Below, piece after piece: positions 36,626 through 47,529 of a DNA stretch of 64,000 bases. The number at the start of each line of letters is the position of its first letter. The first letter of the stretch is position 1. The position numbers were made by a program, and so were the translations under genes. The DNA is from Tubulanus polymorphus. Taxonomy: Eukaryota; Animalia; Nemertea. The notes under the pieces were generated by a model, which saw only the letters and a list, made by a program, of their open reading frames with translations, was not told where the DNA came from and did not search any database. The stretch spans positions 7,862,275 to 7,926,274 of the forward strand of contig NC_134032.1 in NCBI RefSeq assembly GCF_964204645.1, written 5' to 3'.

Positions 36626-37006
36626 TCAAATCAAATCATTGTAATCTTTTGAAAGTATTATATCATCATTTCTTTCATTGAAAGGAGTTTTAAGAATATT
36701 AATTATGTTTTCATCTAAAGTTCCTTTAAAATTAAAAACTGTATTGAACAATTTAGGATTTTTAACGCCATTATCAAAAGTATCTACTAGTTCAATAATT
36801 AAATATGTTTCATTTGATAATATTTGATTAATCATAGTAATATTATCGATTTTATAATGTCTTGCGGACACTAAATTTGTTGCTGAAATATAATTTTTAA
36901 TGTCAAACTGTGAAAATGATTTATTGGTTTCATTGATTTCGATTTTAAAGTTGGGTTCTTCTTCTTCTTTCTTCATTTTTATAACAAAACTTTTATTAAA
37001 ACTCAT
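36626..37006 (-). CDS. 126-aa hypothetical protein beginning inside the right TIR
   Basis: ATG ORF; a broken mirror copy lies in the left TIR (32663-32989). Confidence 0.5.
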   Translation of the reverse strand: MSFNKSFVIKMKKEEEEPNFKIEINETNKSFSQFDIKNYISATNLVSARHYKIDNITMINQILSNETYLIIELVDTFDNGVKNPKLFNTVFNFKGTLDENIINILKTPFNERNDDIILSKDYNDLI

Positions 37007-38024
37007 TCAAATATAAATATTCAATGTTTTAAATATGAATTATTTCACTCACACTTTTATATTGAATAATCTATCAATTTATATGTTATTCATATATATT
37101 TTATTCATGTATATGAATATTTTAAGAGTAATAGGGGTAATGGGCTTTCAGGTTAAAGTTGAATGGTCGTGTTCATTAAAAAATGAACTCATAAAAAATG
37201 AAAAATTATTCTCACACGCTCGAATTTATTTCACTCACACTTTACTCACACTTTTTTCTAGCGAGTAAAAATGAAAAATAAATTCGAGTGTGTGAGAATT
37301 ATTTTTCATTTTTTATAAGTTTCGCGAGTAATTCAAGTAGAAATTGTTATTATTTTTATGTTTTTCATTTTTTACGAGCTCGACCGTTCGACCTTTGGTA
37401 TAGAACAACTAAACCCCTATTACTTATGTAGACCATTGATGGCAGAAAAAACGTGCAATCGTGGATTGCCTTTGACTGTCGAACTGCAAGTTCCTATGGC
37501 ACCTCGATTTTATGCCAGTGGCTCATTTTAGGAGGTAATCGGAGATAGTTTTGGTGTATCGAAATCAACAGTTTCGAGATCCGTTACTCGTGTGACCGAC
37601 GCACTTCACCGATACGAAGAAAGCAGATTTTATCAAGTTTCCGAGAGACCCAGCAGAACTGGCAAAAACGAAATCTGATTTTTATGAAGTCGGAAATTTC
37701 CCCGGTGTTATTGCTTGTGTTGATGGAACACATATACGTATCTAAGTACCATCTAAGTAATTTGTCTGAAACAAATGCAAACCCCTCTCTTAGAGAGATT
37801 CTCACTGGTGAGAATAAAAAAATTTAACTTGCCAGTACGGTGCCGGCCCTTGATCCTTGTTTGTGATGTATCATTATTCCCATAAAAACATAAAAAGTTC
37901 CCTGCCTCTATCCATCATTGCACGCAGGACCGTTTACAGAGTCGAAATGAAGCAATCTAGCGTAGGTTCTGGGCCAAATGCTCATGGATATATATATATA
38001 TATATATCAATATTCTAATTATCA

Positions 38025-38382
38025 GAGGGAGGGAGGGAGGGAGGGAGGGAGGGAGGGAGGGAGGGAGGGACGGACGGACGGACGGAGGGAGGGAGGGAGG
38101 GAGGTAAGGGAGGGAGGGAGGGAGGGAGGGAGGGAGGGAGGGAGGGAGGGAGGGAGGGAGGGAGGGAGGGAGGGAGGGAGGGAGGGAGGGAGGGAGGGAG
38201 GGAGGGAGGGAGGGAGGGAGGGAGGGAGGGAGGGAGGGAGGGAGGGAGGGAGGGAGGGAGGGAGGGAGGGAGGGAGGGAGGGAGGGAGGGAGGGAGGGAG
38301 GGAGGGAGGGAGGGAGGGAGGGAGGGAGGGAGGGAGGGAGGGAGGGAGGGAGGGAGGGAGGGAGGGAGGGAGGGAGGGAGGG
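38025..38382. repeat. (GGGA)n microsatellite, ~350 bp
   Basis: Direct observation. Confidence 0.97.
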
Positions 38383-38650
38383 ATCTATACTGTAGCAAAA
38401 GCTGAATGAGAAAATATTCATGATTTTACAAATATCAAGCTTTCATATTTCATACAGTTCCCGAGTGGAGTTCGATAACTATAGGATAGGCCTTTATACC
38501 TCGGGGTGTGACGAAATATACCAGCGCCTTACAGTCGTCTGACAAATTACTACCTGCTACTGAAACTGGGTGCGTATTGACACTGGGAAGTTAAGGCGGA
38601 TGATTTTTCAGAGAGACGAGTTGAATTGGGCGTGAGAAGCCGCTAGACGA

Positions 38651-39751
38651 ATGATGAGCTATTCAAACACTTCGACCGTTCTGTCAACTACTGTTACTAC
38701 CACCACAAAACCAGTCTATCATGATATTTGCGATTTTGCTCAGGGTGAAATGCCGATCCGTTGGAATCATGAATTCAGCGTTTATATGTACATTTTCTTC
38801 TACGGTCCCGTCACTATATTGGGCATCACTTTGAATGTCATAACGATTTTAGTCTTGAAAAAGATGAACAAAGATGTTTACTATTTACTCAAAGTTCTCG
38901 CTATTTTCGACATATGTTATTCATCGAGTGTGTTCGTCATGTACCCTCTACGCACAATTCACCTCTATATACATTTACGGGATGTCATTTTGCGTTATGA
39001 TGACTGGCTGTTTGGCTGGGAATTTATACAAATTGCGATAGGACCGTTTTATATGTTTCAACAGACCAGAAACTGGTGCGTTATTCTTGTCAGTTTAGAA
39101 AGACTAGTAATTACAATTTTCCCGTTAAAATCGAGATTGTTTTGGACGCGAAAAGTAGTGAATTGTATAATAATATTGATAAATGTTTATGGTATTTGTT
39201 TTTACCTGCCATTGTTTTTGCCGGATCGAGTTCTCGAACCTATGCGTTGTTTTCATAGACATACTACTCTTTGGCGAGGCGGCTATTTCGCTTACTACGG
39301 CCCGTTCGTTGTTTGGAAGAAGGAGGCAGAAGGCTGGATGGGGACTGCATCAAGTGTCATCGCTCCTATGATCGCACTGCTTGTCGTAAACATCATTTTA
39401 ATTTTTGCTTTGATTGTGATCAAATTTTCACGAATTGGTAAAAGTCGTTCAGCAATAAAGAATCAAACTTCCAACACGTTAGAGTTACGCGCATTGAGAA
39501 TGTCGTTTGCTCTTGTTGCTGTTTTCGTCACATTCGAATCGTTGATATTTATCGAAAGGTTGCAGTGGGCTGGGTTTGGAATAATTTATCTTCCCATTGG
39601 TAATCTCACTGGTGATGAGGTTCTTATGGTTAGGCGAAAAATAGGTATAGGTTTAACTGTAGTTGATTCATGTATGAACTTTTTAGTCTATTGTTTGTCT
39701 AACAGTAAATTCAGAGTCGCTGTTGTTCAACTGATGAAGCGGAAAGTGTAA
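38651..39751 (+). CDS. Single-exon rhodopsin-class GPCR (FMRFamide-receptor/srw-like expanded family)
   Basis: 366 aa, seven hydrophobic segments; GITLN (TM1), LAIFD (TM2), RNWCVILVSLERL...FPL (TM3, DRY variant), DSCMNFLVYCLSNSKFR (TM7/H8); N-terminal NTS glycosylation site. Confidence 0.88.
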   Translation: MMSYSNTSTVLSTTVTTTTKPVYHDICDFAQGEMPIRWNHEFSVYMYIFFYGPVTILGITLNVITILVLKKMNKDVYYLLKVLAIFDICYSSSVFVMYPLRTIHLYIHLRDVILRYDDWLFGWEFIQIAIGPFYMFQQTRNWCVILVSLERLVITIFPLKSRLFWTRKVVNCIIILINVYGICFYLPLFLPDRVLEPMRCFHRHTTLWRGGYFAYYGPFVVWKKEAEGWMGTASSVIAPMIALLVVNIILIFALIVIKFSRIGKSRSAIKNQTSNTLELRALRMSFALVAVFVTFESLIFIERLQWAGFGIIYLPIGNLTGDEVLMVRRKIGIGLTVVDSCMNFLVYCLSNSKFRVAVVQLMKRKV

Positions 39752-41374
39752 ACCCTGTCGCGCTCGGGTAGGAAAGTTAACCGACTGAAAATACTAACTA
39801 TTTTACTATCGGTAAACATGATACATTAGAGAACTCAAAGCTTCTAGGGGAAACTGCTGGTTGATAAGTCTATTTTTACAGCAGAGGACTAAGGGCATTT
39901 TCACATATTGCCTCTCCAGACAACGGGAACGGACTGAACATAGCTGAAGCTCTGGATCAAACTCTCTCAAAGCATTCTTGTTTCGTGTATTCTACGACTT
40001 TCATTTTCTGGAAGAGTACATTTGCACTTTTAAGACACTAGTCTTGCGCTATAGAAGCTAAAATTGTGTCGTTAATTAATTAAACATTTACAATATTACC
40101 TTCAGTCGTTGAACTTAGTGAACTTTGAAAATTTCGAACTTAGTGAAATTTTAAAATATGAGCTATTTTTGAATATCGCTATCGATTTGCCCGGGTTAGA
40201 TAGACGGATGAACAATTCGATTTCAATCTTTCATTTTTGCTTCACCCAGCACTGGCAGTGGTTGTCTCCACCCAGTGATCTCCGTCACTCTACGATCCTA
40301 TTGTAACCAACCAGTGTCGTTCGCATCTTAGATTCTTGGTGAGATTTTTGCATGCTTATGTCTCCGACAATCCATCATTTGAACACCTCTCCCGCGCGAT
40401 CGGCGACAAAGACGACGGTTTGAAAGAATGTCGTTTGAATCGACGCACACGCAGGTACGCATGCGCGCTCGCTGGCTCGGTCGTCCATTATCAAAAACAC
40501 GACGATATTGTTTCTAATCACACGTCCTCACATCGACCATATCTGATAACTGAATATGCAAATTAGGATCGTAGGATCGACGTGAACTGTGTATGCAAAT
40601 TAGGCTCGCTCTCTACATCGCACGCCACCATCGTCCCATTTGAAATTGATCGTCTTTTTATCGATTGGTTTTCGATTATTGGCGACGTCGTCATAATGAA
40701 TCAAACGCGAGTCGTTCTGAGAGAACTTCTGGAATGCAATAATTTACACGATAGACCATCAAAGTTTTTATAACCACTGATAAGCTTTTGTCGTGATGTA
40801 CGGCCGGCAGATGAACTATAGTGTCTTGTGGACGGCCTCTATCCCAGGCCTGTTACACTACAATTTACTGTCTCAGAAAATGTGTTAGTTACCGAAGCTT
40901 TTAGATTAATCATTCGTTAAATATAATTTAAATAAAGTTTTTTTTGGTTTGGCACCTGGTCGATGTCCTACTGCACACTAGCGACACCTGGTGGATCCTC
41001 ACTTGCCAGAAGTGAAATCCTCTATTGCTGCAGTAGTTGATGTCCTAATGCACACTAGCGACACCTGGTGGATCCTCAATTGCCAATTGAATCCTCAATT
41101 GTGCACCAATGCGCTAGATAATAGACCGGGTTCAGAATTTTATGGAGTGCTGTCAGTTTTGTTTCACCTGTTGATTAGTAGCGATTGTTAACGGCGAACA
41201 AAACGTCTGAATTAAATATGATTTAAAACGGTCCTAACACAACACTTTTAAACCCGATACGTGACAGGTACGCGCCTGCAAACACTGACAGACGAGAGCA
41301 CGGTGAAATATGAGTGGACGAACAATTTTTTTGAATAAAAAGTTATCACGTAATGCATAATTTACATGTCTCAT

Positions 41375-41720
41375 TTTATTTCTATAACCAATTTAATAAC
41401 TTAAAACCAGTCTAAGCTCATTTTGGTTCTATAACCAATCTAACAACTTAAGACCAGTCTAAGTTCATTCTAGTTCTATAACCAATCTAACATCTTAAGA
41501 CCAGTCTAAACTCATTTTAGTTCTATAACCAATCTAACAACTTAAGACCAGTCTCTCTAAGTTCGTTTTGGTTCTATAACCAACCAAACAACTTAAGACC
41601 GGTCTAAACTCATTTTAGTTCTATAGCCAATCTAACAACTTAAGACCGGTCTGTCTAAGTTCGTTTTGGTTCTGTAGGCAATGATACTACACCAGACCAG
41701 TTAACGACAATCTTAGTTCT
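41375..41720. repeat. ~47-bp tandem repeat, ~7 copies
   Basis: ttctataaccaatctaacaacttaagaccagtctaagttcattctag repeated with degeneration. Confidence 0.85.
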
Positions 41721-42075
41721 GTAGCAAATCTCAAAAATTAAAAGCAGTCTTAAGACTGTGAAATTATTTGACCTAGTTCAAATGTTCCCAAATTTTTTTT
41801 CAGGCTTGTCGAATCGGAAGTGAGGGGTCTGTATCCTGCTCTGTCTAAGTATTACGGTTCAGGCAGAATGAATATTCTGGTATCGCCGATCTAAACTCGT
41901 GGGAGATGATGACCAGTTTGGCCCATCGTACGAACGACACCATCAAAGAGTAAGTCAATTACTATCAATAATTCATCCTACACAAAGCGGTCAATTATTA
42001 TCAATACTTTTCACACTCCTCAAGTGTGTGTGAAAGTCGATTAGCGAATAGTTAGTTACGCATATACAACATTAA

Positions 42076-42620
42076 GCTGGTCTCAGTGGCTCCCAGTGGG
42101 ACGGAGGCGTGATGCTGTTGCATCTGCACTATCAGTCCTGATTGACAAGCAAGTTTGAAAACTTGAAAATCAAGTGGGTTCGAGTCCCGCTGGCTGCGTA
42201 GAAAGCTGAAAATCAAGTGGGTTCGAGTCCTGCTGGCTGCGTACAAAGCTGAAAATCAAGTGGGTTCGAGCCCCGCTGGCTGCGTACAAAGCTGAAAATC
42301 AAGTGGGTTCGAGTCCCGCTGGCTGCGTACAAAGCTGAAAAACAAGTGGGTTCGAGTCCTGCTGGCTGCGTACGAAGCTGAAAATCAAGTGGGTTCGAGT
42401 CCTGCTGGCTGCGTACAAAGCTGAAAATCAAGTGGGTTCGAGTCCTTCTAGCTGTTTACAAAGCTGAGTGACAAGTGGGTTCGAGTCTTGCTGTTTGCTT
42501 ACAGTGCGCGGGCAACACTTCAAAAGCTAAAGTCCCGTCGTGAGGTTAAATAAGCAATAGTCTTTGGGAAACCAAGATCCAAACGACGTAAATAGAAATG
42601 AAGAAATAAAATTGAAATAG
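42076..42620 (+). mobile_element. tRNA-derived SINE with tandemly amplified 43-bp B-box unit
   Basis: A-box-like tggctcccagtgg ~42087; eight GGTTCGAG(T/C)C copies 42177-42488; A-rich tail. Confidence 0.65.
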
Positions 42621-42639
42621 CTACTGGTTAAACGTAGTT

Positions 42640-42712
42640 GTTCTGTTGGTCCAGTGCTTAGCACTCTACCTCTGTATATACGAGGTTAGGTGGTTCGAGT
42701 CCCGGTCATTGC
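42640..42712 (+). pseudogene. tRNA-like SINE head / tRNA pseudogene
   Basis: tggtccagtgcttagc (A-box-like) ... ggttcgagtccc (B-box); acceptor stem not convincing. Confidence 0.4.
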
Positions 42713-43094
42713 GTGGATCGGTATTTCTTTGACTATTTAATTAGTTGAATTTTTGTTTTGAACCACATCTCATTTTTTATAAAGTGCAGTGAAACTTCGT
42801 AGTTCAAAAAATAAAAATATCAACATTTCATTGTCAATATCATTATCATAACATTATCATTTATCATTTTCCTTTTCAATATCAATATCAAATCATTGTC
42901 ATTAATAACGTATCGTTTATGGTGTGTATGGATGAACTTTTTTCAGAGCCAGTTTTCGATCTCACGTTTTGAGCATCAGCGATTTTCAAACGGTTTTAAC
43001 GGATTACGGAGTTTGTTTCTCGTATCAACAGCAAGCTTTCGCAAAAGGGACAGGTTAGTAAAACTGGTCTTAAGGGGCGGGTTAGTAGTTAGTT

Positions 43095-44064
43095 AATTGA
43101 TAAAATGGATTTTTAATTGATGAAAAAGTAAACTGAATATTTAAAGATAAATTCAAATGATTTCATTAATGTGTGTGATATACGTAAATAATCTGATTAT
43201 TTAAGAAAAATGAAACTTAACAATATGAAAATTAAGCAATGCGAGCATTTAGAACTGTTGAAAGATAATTCTGAATATAATATTGATTTCATTAATCCTA
43301 GATATTTTAGAAATAAATTGTGCCATCTAATTTTAATTCATAATGAATAAAATATTTACATATCAAATGAATTTTTTGATAAAGAAATGGGTAAGAATAA
43401 TATAACAGATTATCAGTTGATAAAATTGATTACGCACAAGCAAAAATATAATTCTCAGCGGCATAAAGAATTAGTAGTAAGTCTAATTGTTATTTGATTT
43501 GAAACATTTAAAAGTTTAATATTTTAAATGAGCGAAAATATACTAAACTTATTACATCTAATATATAAAAATCAACAGAATATTGAATCAATTATTATGC
43601 TTACAGGATTAGTTTCATTCTCAGTTTACTCATAAAAACAGTTATTTGAATTTTATGATAATTGCAAAATTAGATACGCTGAATAAAAAGATAACATAAA
43701 TTATCTTTCAGATAGATTGAATAATATTAAATGCTGTGAAATATGCAATAAAAGATATAAAAATAAAAAATGATTAAGGAATCATAGATATATTCTTGAA
43801 TTAGATGAAAAGTTTTATAATTCAAATTAAGTTTGATGATGGACAGTAGTACTTCTTATTTGCTTCAATTTTTATATCCAATTTTTTATCAAAATTAATT
43901 TTAAAAGTTATTCATATTCATATATATGAATATTCTAAAAGTAATCAATGGGAATATGGGGGTTCATAACAAAGGTTGTGGGGTCGAAGAATTAATTCGA
44001 GTGTGCATGAATTTATTTTTCGACCGTTCGACCTTTGGTATGAACCCCTATTATCCCTATTACT
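43095..44064 (+). mobile_element. Second AT-rich TIR element, half 1 (C-terminus of main ORF, zinc-finger ORF, terminus)
   Basis: Homologous to 33470-34455 in reverse; ends ...tatccctattact followed by ACTGTA. Confidence 0.85.
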
Positions 44065-44206
44065 ACTGTAGGGCAAGTAGCGATAAGATTTTACAAGCGC
44101 CACCCGTACAGCGCCCCCTAGCGATTAAATTTGGAAAACCGTTCTATAAGTTTTTAGCCCTTGGCCCATAGTATCTACATACGTTTCGTCAACATCGGAC
44201 CATAAT

Positions 44207-46246
44207 TGTAAGACGAATATGTGATGGACCGGTAAAGTCCGGTATCCGGCTTTTACCGAGTCCAAATCCATATTTTAGTGACCCCGTATTGTGTGGGGAT
44301 TCTTTTGTTCTCTTTTGGCGTGGTAATAAAAGAAGGAAGACGTTAGGTAAATCTCGGCGTGGTCTTAGATTAATTTAGAGGTTCTGTGGAAACGATTATT
44401 CCCCCTTTCTTGATTGAGCCAACGAAAAAGGAGATTTCACAAATGGTGGCAGCGTACTGGGATTTTTAGAACCTTAAAACTGTGGAAATATTGAACGTAT
44501 AGTCTGTGTAAATTCTCTCACGGAGAGACGGAAAGTTATCGGTTTATATACGGCAACTGAGATTAATCTGGTGTCGGTTATTAGTTTGCTACTGTCTGTT
44601 GAGTTAACCTCCAGTGTTTTTACCTCAGATTGCAGACCCTAACCCACCTTTAATACAGCCAGCAATTATCAGTGTAGGCCTAAATTAAATGTATATATTT
44701 ATTTATCACTTCTCCAATAACGTCGGCTAATGGACAGGATCTTCACCTAAGAGGGATAGAGATAGTACGGCTTACATTAAGGGATCGTGACTTTGATATC
44801 TCCATGGTTATTGTAGATGATATTACTCAAGATTGTCTACTTGGTAGTGATTTCTTTGAGTCCTTTGAGTCCTTCAACTGCAAGATTGATTTTGAATTAA
44901 AGGAGCTTACTTTTGGCACGGCTAGCATTCCACTTCGAAATCAAGAGAGTAAGGCCAGATGCTGCAGGATTTTCGCCAGTAAAACCTTGTGTATCCCGGC
45001 GGGAACAGAGATAGTCACTAGTGGTATAATGAGACGTAAACTCGTGGGTAATAACTCGTCTTCAGGTACCATTGAGAACTTAAAATTATCGGGTCTGATG
45101 GCTGCCAAAGTAGTAGCAACGACATCGAAGAATCGCACACTGGTGCGACTAGCAGATTATACCGATTCACCACAGTGGATAAAAAGGGGCCAACCCATCG
45201 CCTGGTTTAGTCCAATTGAATCCCTGACCTTATCCCTGATTAATGAGGGCGAAAAGAGTGACCAGGACCGTTTAGTCTCACAGGGACCGATCCCTGAAGA
45301 AAAGGTCCAGTCCGTGCTAGATGACTTGCAGATTGCGGACATGGGGATTCCGGAGGAGGCCAAAAAGGAATTGACCAGTGCAATCCGGAGCAACATTGAT
45401 GTGTTCTCGACAGGTGATTTCGATCTGGGGCGCACTAGCCTATTAGAACACGAAATTGACACCCAGGATACTCGTCCGATTAAGCAAAACCCTCGTCGAA
45501 TACCACATCATCGACAAAAATTTGTGTAGGACACGACTGATCAACTTCTAGAACGGGGTTTGATACGTGAGTCACATGGAGCTTGGTCAAGCCCGATAGT
45601 CCTCGCAAAGAAAGCAGATGGCTCACTTAGATTCTGTGTGGACTACCGTAAACTTAATGAGGCCACGGTCAAAGATGCCCATCCATTACCGAGGGTTGAC
45701 TCGACGCTTGAGACTCTTGCGGGATCAACGAGGTTTTCGTCACTCGATCTTGCAAGTGGATACTGGCAGATGCCCGTGAGTGAGGCAGATAAAGCGAAAA
45801 CGGCCTTCGCTACAGAAAGGGGCTTATTCGAATGGAACGTCATGCCATCTAGTTTATACGTCCATGGGCTAACCAATGCACCTGCGTCGTTTTCACGGCT
45901 GGTGGCTCTGGTTTTGGACCCCGTGGCAAGGAAAACTTGTTTAGTGTATCTGGACGATGTTATTGTTTTCAGCCCTGACTTGGGAAGTCATCTTAATCGT
46001 TTTTTCGAAGTTTTTGCCTGTTTCCGAGCAGCTAACTTGAAGCTGAAACCCAAGAAGTGCCACTTGTTTCGGAGGATACTGAAATTCCTAGGTCATATAG
46101 TTAGCGGGGCTGGAATCCACACTGATCCGGAGAAAGTACAGCGAGTGATTGATTGGCCGGCCCCCTCCAACTTATCTGAACTTAGGAGTTTCATTGGACT
46201 CGTCGCATATTACTCTCGCTTCATTGAAGATTATGCATCGAATGCT
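44207..46246 (+). mobile_element. Truncated Gypsy LTR retrotransposon (5' LTR ~44207-44441, PBS TGGTGGCAGCG, protease end, RT)
   Basis: TG...CA LTR with AATAAA; CLLGSDF, DLGRTSLLEHEIDT, RFCVDYRKLN, SLDLASGYWQ, YLDDV, FLGHIV; stop at 45527-45529; gag largely absent. Confidence 0.87.
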
Positions 46247-46364
46247 TAAAGTTTTGATTTAAGCCTCATAATTGCAATGCGAAATTAAGCAGACACTTTT
46301 TTTCGTAAAACTGCTGCAGCTTAGCCCCAAGCAAGATGTCACATCAAACATGGGGTTTGTGCAA

Positions 46365-47529
46365 ATCTTTAAAATCTTGTGTAACATCTACATCTAATAT
46401 ATTGTAATTTTTTTCATTTAATAATTTTCCAATATTATCCATTTTCTGAATTAATTCATTTAAATTTTGATTGCATAATGAAATTTTAAATACAGCAATA
46501 TGATCTGTTAATTTTAATTCTTGATTAATTTTACTTCAGATATATGATTTTGAATTATCATCATGAATTGTTAAAACACGTGTAATTTTTATAGCTAAGT
46601 TATCCAATATAATATTTCCTTGATTAAAACATTCCTTAATTTCATAATGTGTTATTTTTCTCTGGTTAACGTTAAGAAAATTTGTTCTATTTTCTTTAAT
46701 AATCTCTTTTTCTAACATGATTCTATATAGCATTATATTATCGCAAAATATATCTGACGTTTCAATTAATTCATTATTTTTAGATTTATAATACTTATTT
46801 ATATTTACTCCTGAAATATCGGGTAAATTATTATTCACAGTTAAATAATACAGTATTGAATTTATGTATTCATTACTCATGTCTTTCGCGGGAACTTTGA
46901 TTCTTCTTGAGCACATTTTTATATCAAATTGTTATTAAAATAAGTTAAAATTCAAAAAGAGTTAGAGTTCGCTGAAACCTTACGCTTTAAAATATTTTTT
47001 TACCCTTATTGGTATTGCTTATTCATTCCCTTAACACATGTTCTACAATAACTTTGCTTACCATCTTTCTGAGTTTTATAATTATAATATTCCGAGAGTT
47101 GTTTATTCACTTCACATTTTGAACATTTCTTGTAGTAAATATTTATAACCCCAGGACCCAGTTCCACAGTTGTGAGTTAGAGTTAACTCTGAGTTAAAAT
47201 TAGTTCATTTTCAATGAGTTAACTCAGGGTCAAATTTTAGCTCCGAAATGTGGAACTGGACCCAGTACAGTATTATTTGTAATATCGTTGGTTGGTGGTT
47301 GTTCTGACGGACAGTAGTACTTCTTATTTGCTTCCATTTTAATATCCAATTTTTTATCAAAATTGATTTTAGAAATTATTCATATTCATGTATATGAATA
47401 TTCTAAGAGTAATAGGGATAATAGGGGTTCATAACAAAGTTTGAGGGGTCGAAAAATAAATTCGAGTGTGCGAGAATTTATTTTTCGACCGTTCAACCTT
47501 TGGTATGAACCCCTATTATCCCTATCACT
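46365..47529 (-). mobile_element. Second AT-rich TIR element, half 2 (N-terminus of main ORF, treble-clef-like zinc-finger ORF, terminus)
   Basis: Close homolog of 35775-36420; ends ...tatccctatcact followed by TACAGT. Confidence 0.85.
47154..47263. mobile_element. Short Harbinger-family MITE
   Basis: ggacccagttccaca ... tgtggaactggaccc inverted ends, matching the Harbinger end at 31859. Confidence 0.7.

Larger units (their letters stand above)
32202..37424 (-). mobile_element. AT-rich long-TIR element with Polinton-like termini and 6-bp TSD (unclassified)
   Basis: TSD TATGTA 32196-32201 / 37425-37430; ends AGTAATAGGGG...CCCCTATTACT; TIRs 32202-32974 and 36695-37424; removing it restores the Harbinger reading frame. 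Confidence 0.9.
31859..37760 (+). mobile_element. PIF/Harbinger transposon: left end and transposase pseudogene (32054-32201 joined to 37431-37755), split by the AT-rich TIR element
   Basis: End ggacccggttccacagttg with aactcagag subterminal repeats; RYRFTR..VQRIVEIC|RPL...RFYASGSF...FGVSKSTVSR...FIKFP...[15 protein letters not shown]. Confidence 0.85.

Noticed and set aside
32202-37424. Organelle insertion, contamination or autonomous Polinton
   Set aside because: Clean TSD and TIRs inside a host transposon ORF; no organellar genes; no PolB, integrase or capsid motifs visible.
37957-38421. ORFs of PPSL/GGRE repeats (also 30613-31024)
   Set aside because: Translations of the (GGGA)n microsatellite.
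41375-42500. Possible CRISPR arrays
   Set aside because: Head-to-tail tandem repeats without unique spacers, no cas genes, eukaryotic context.
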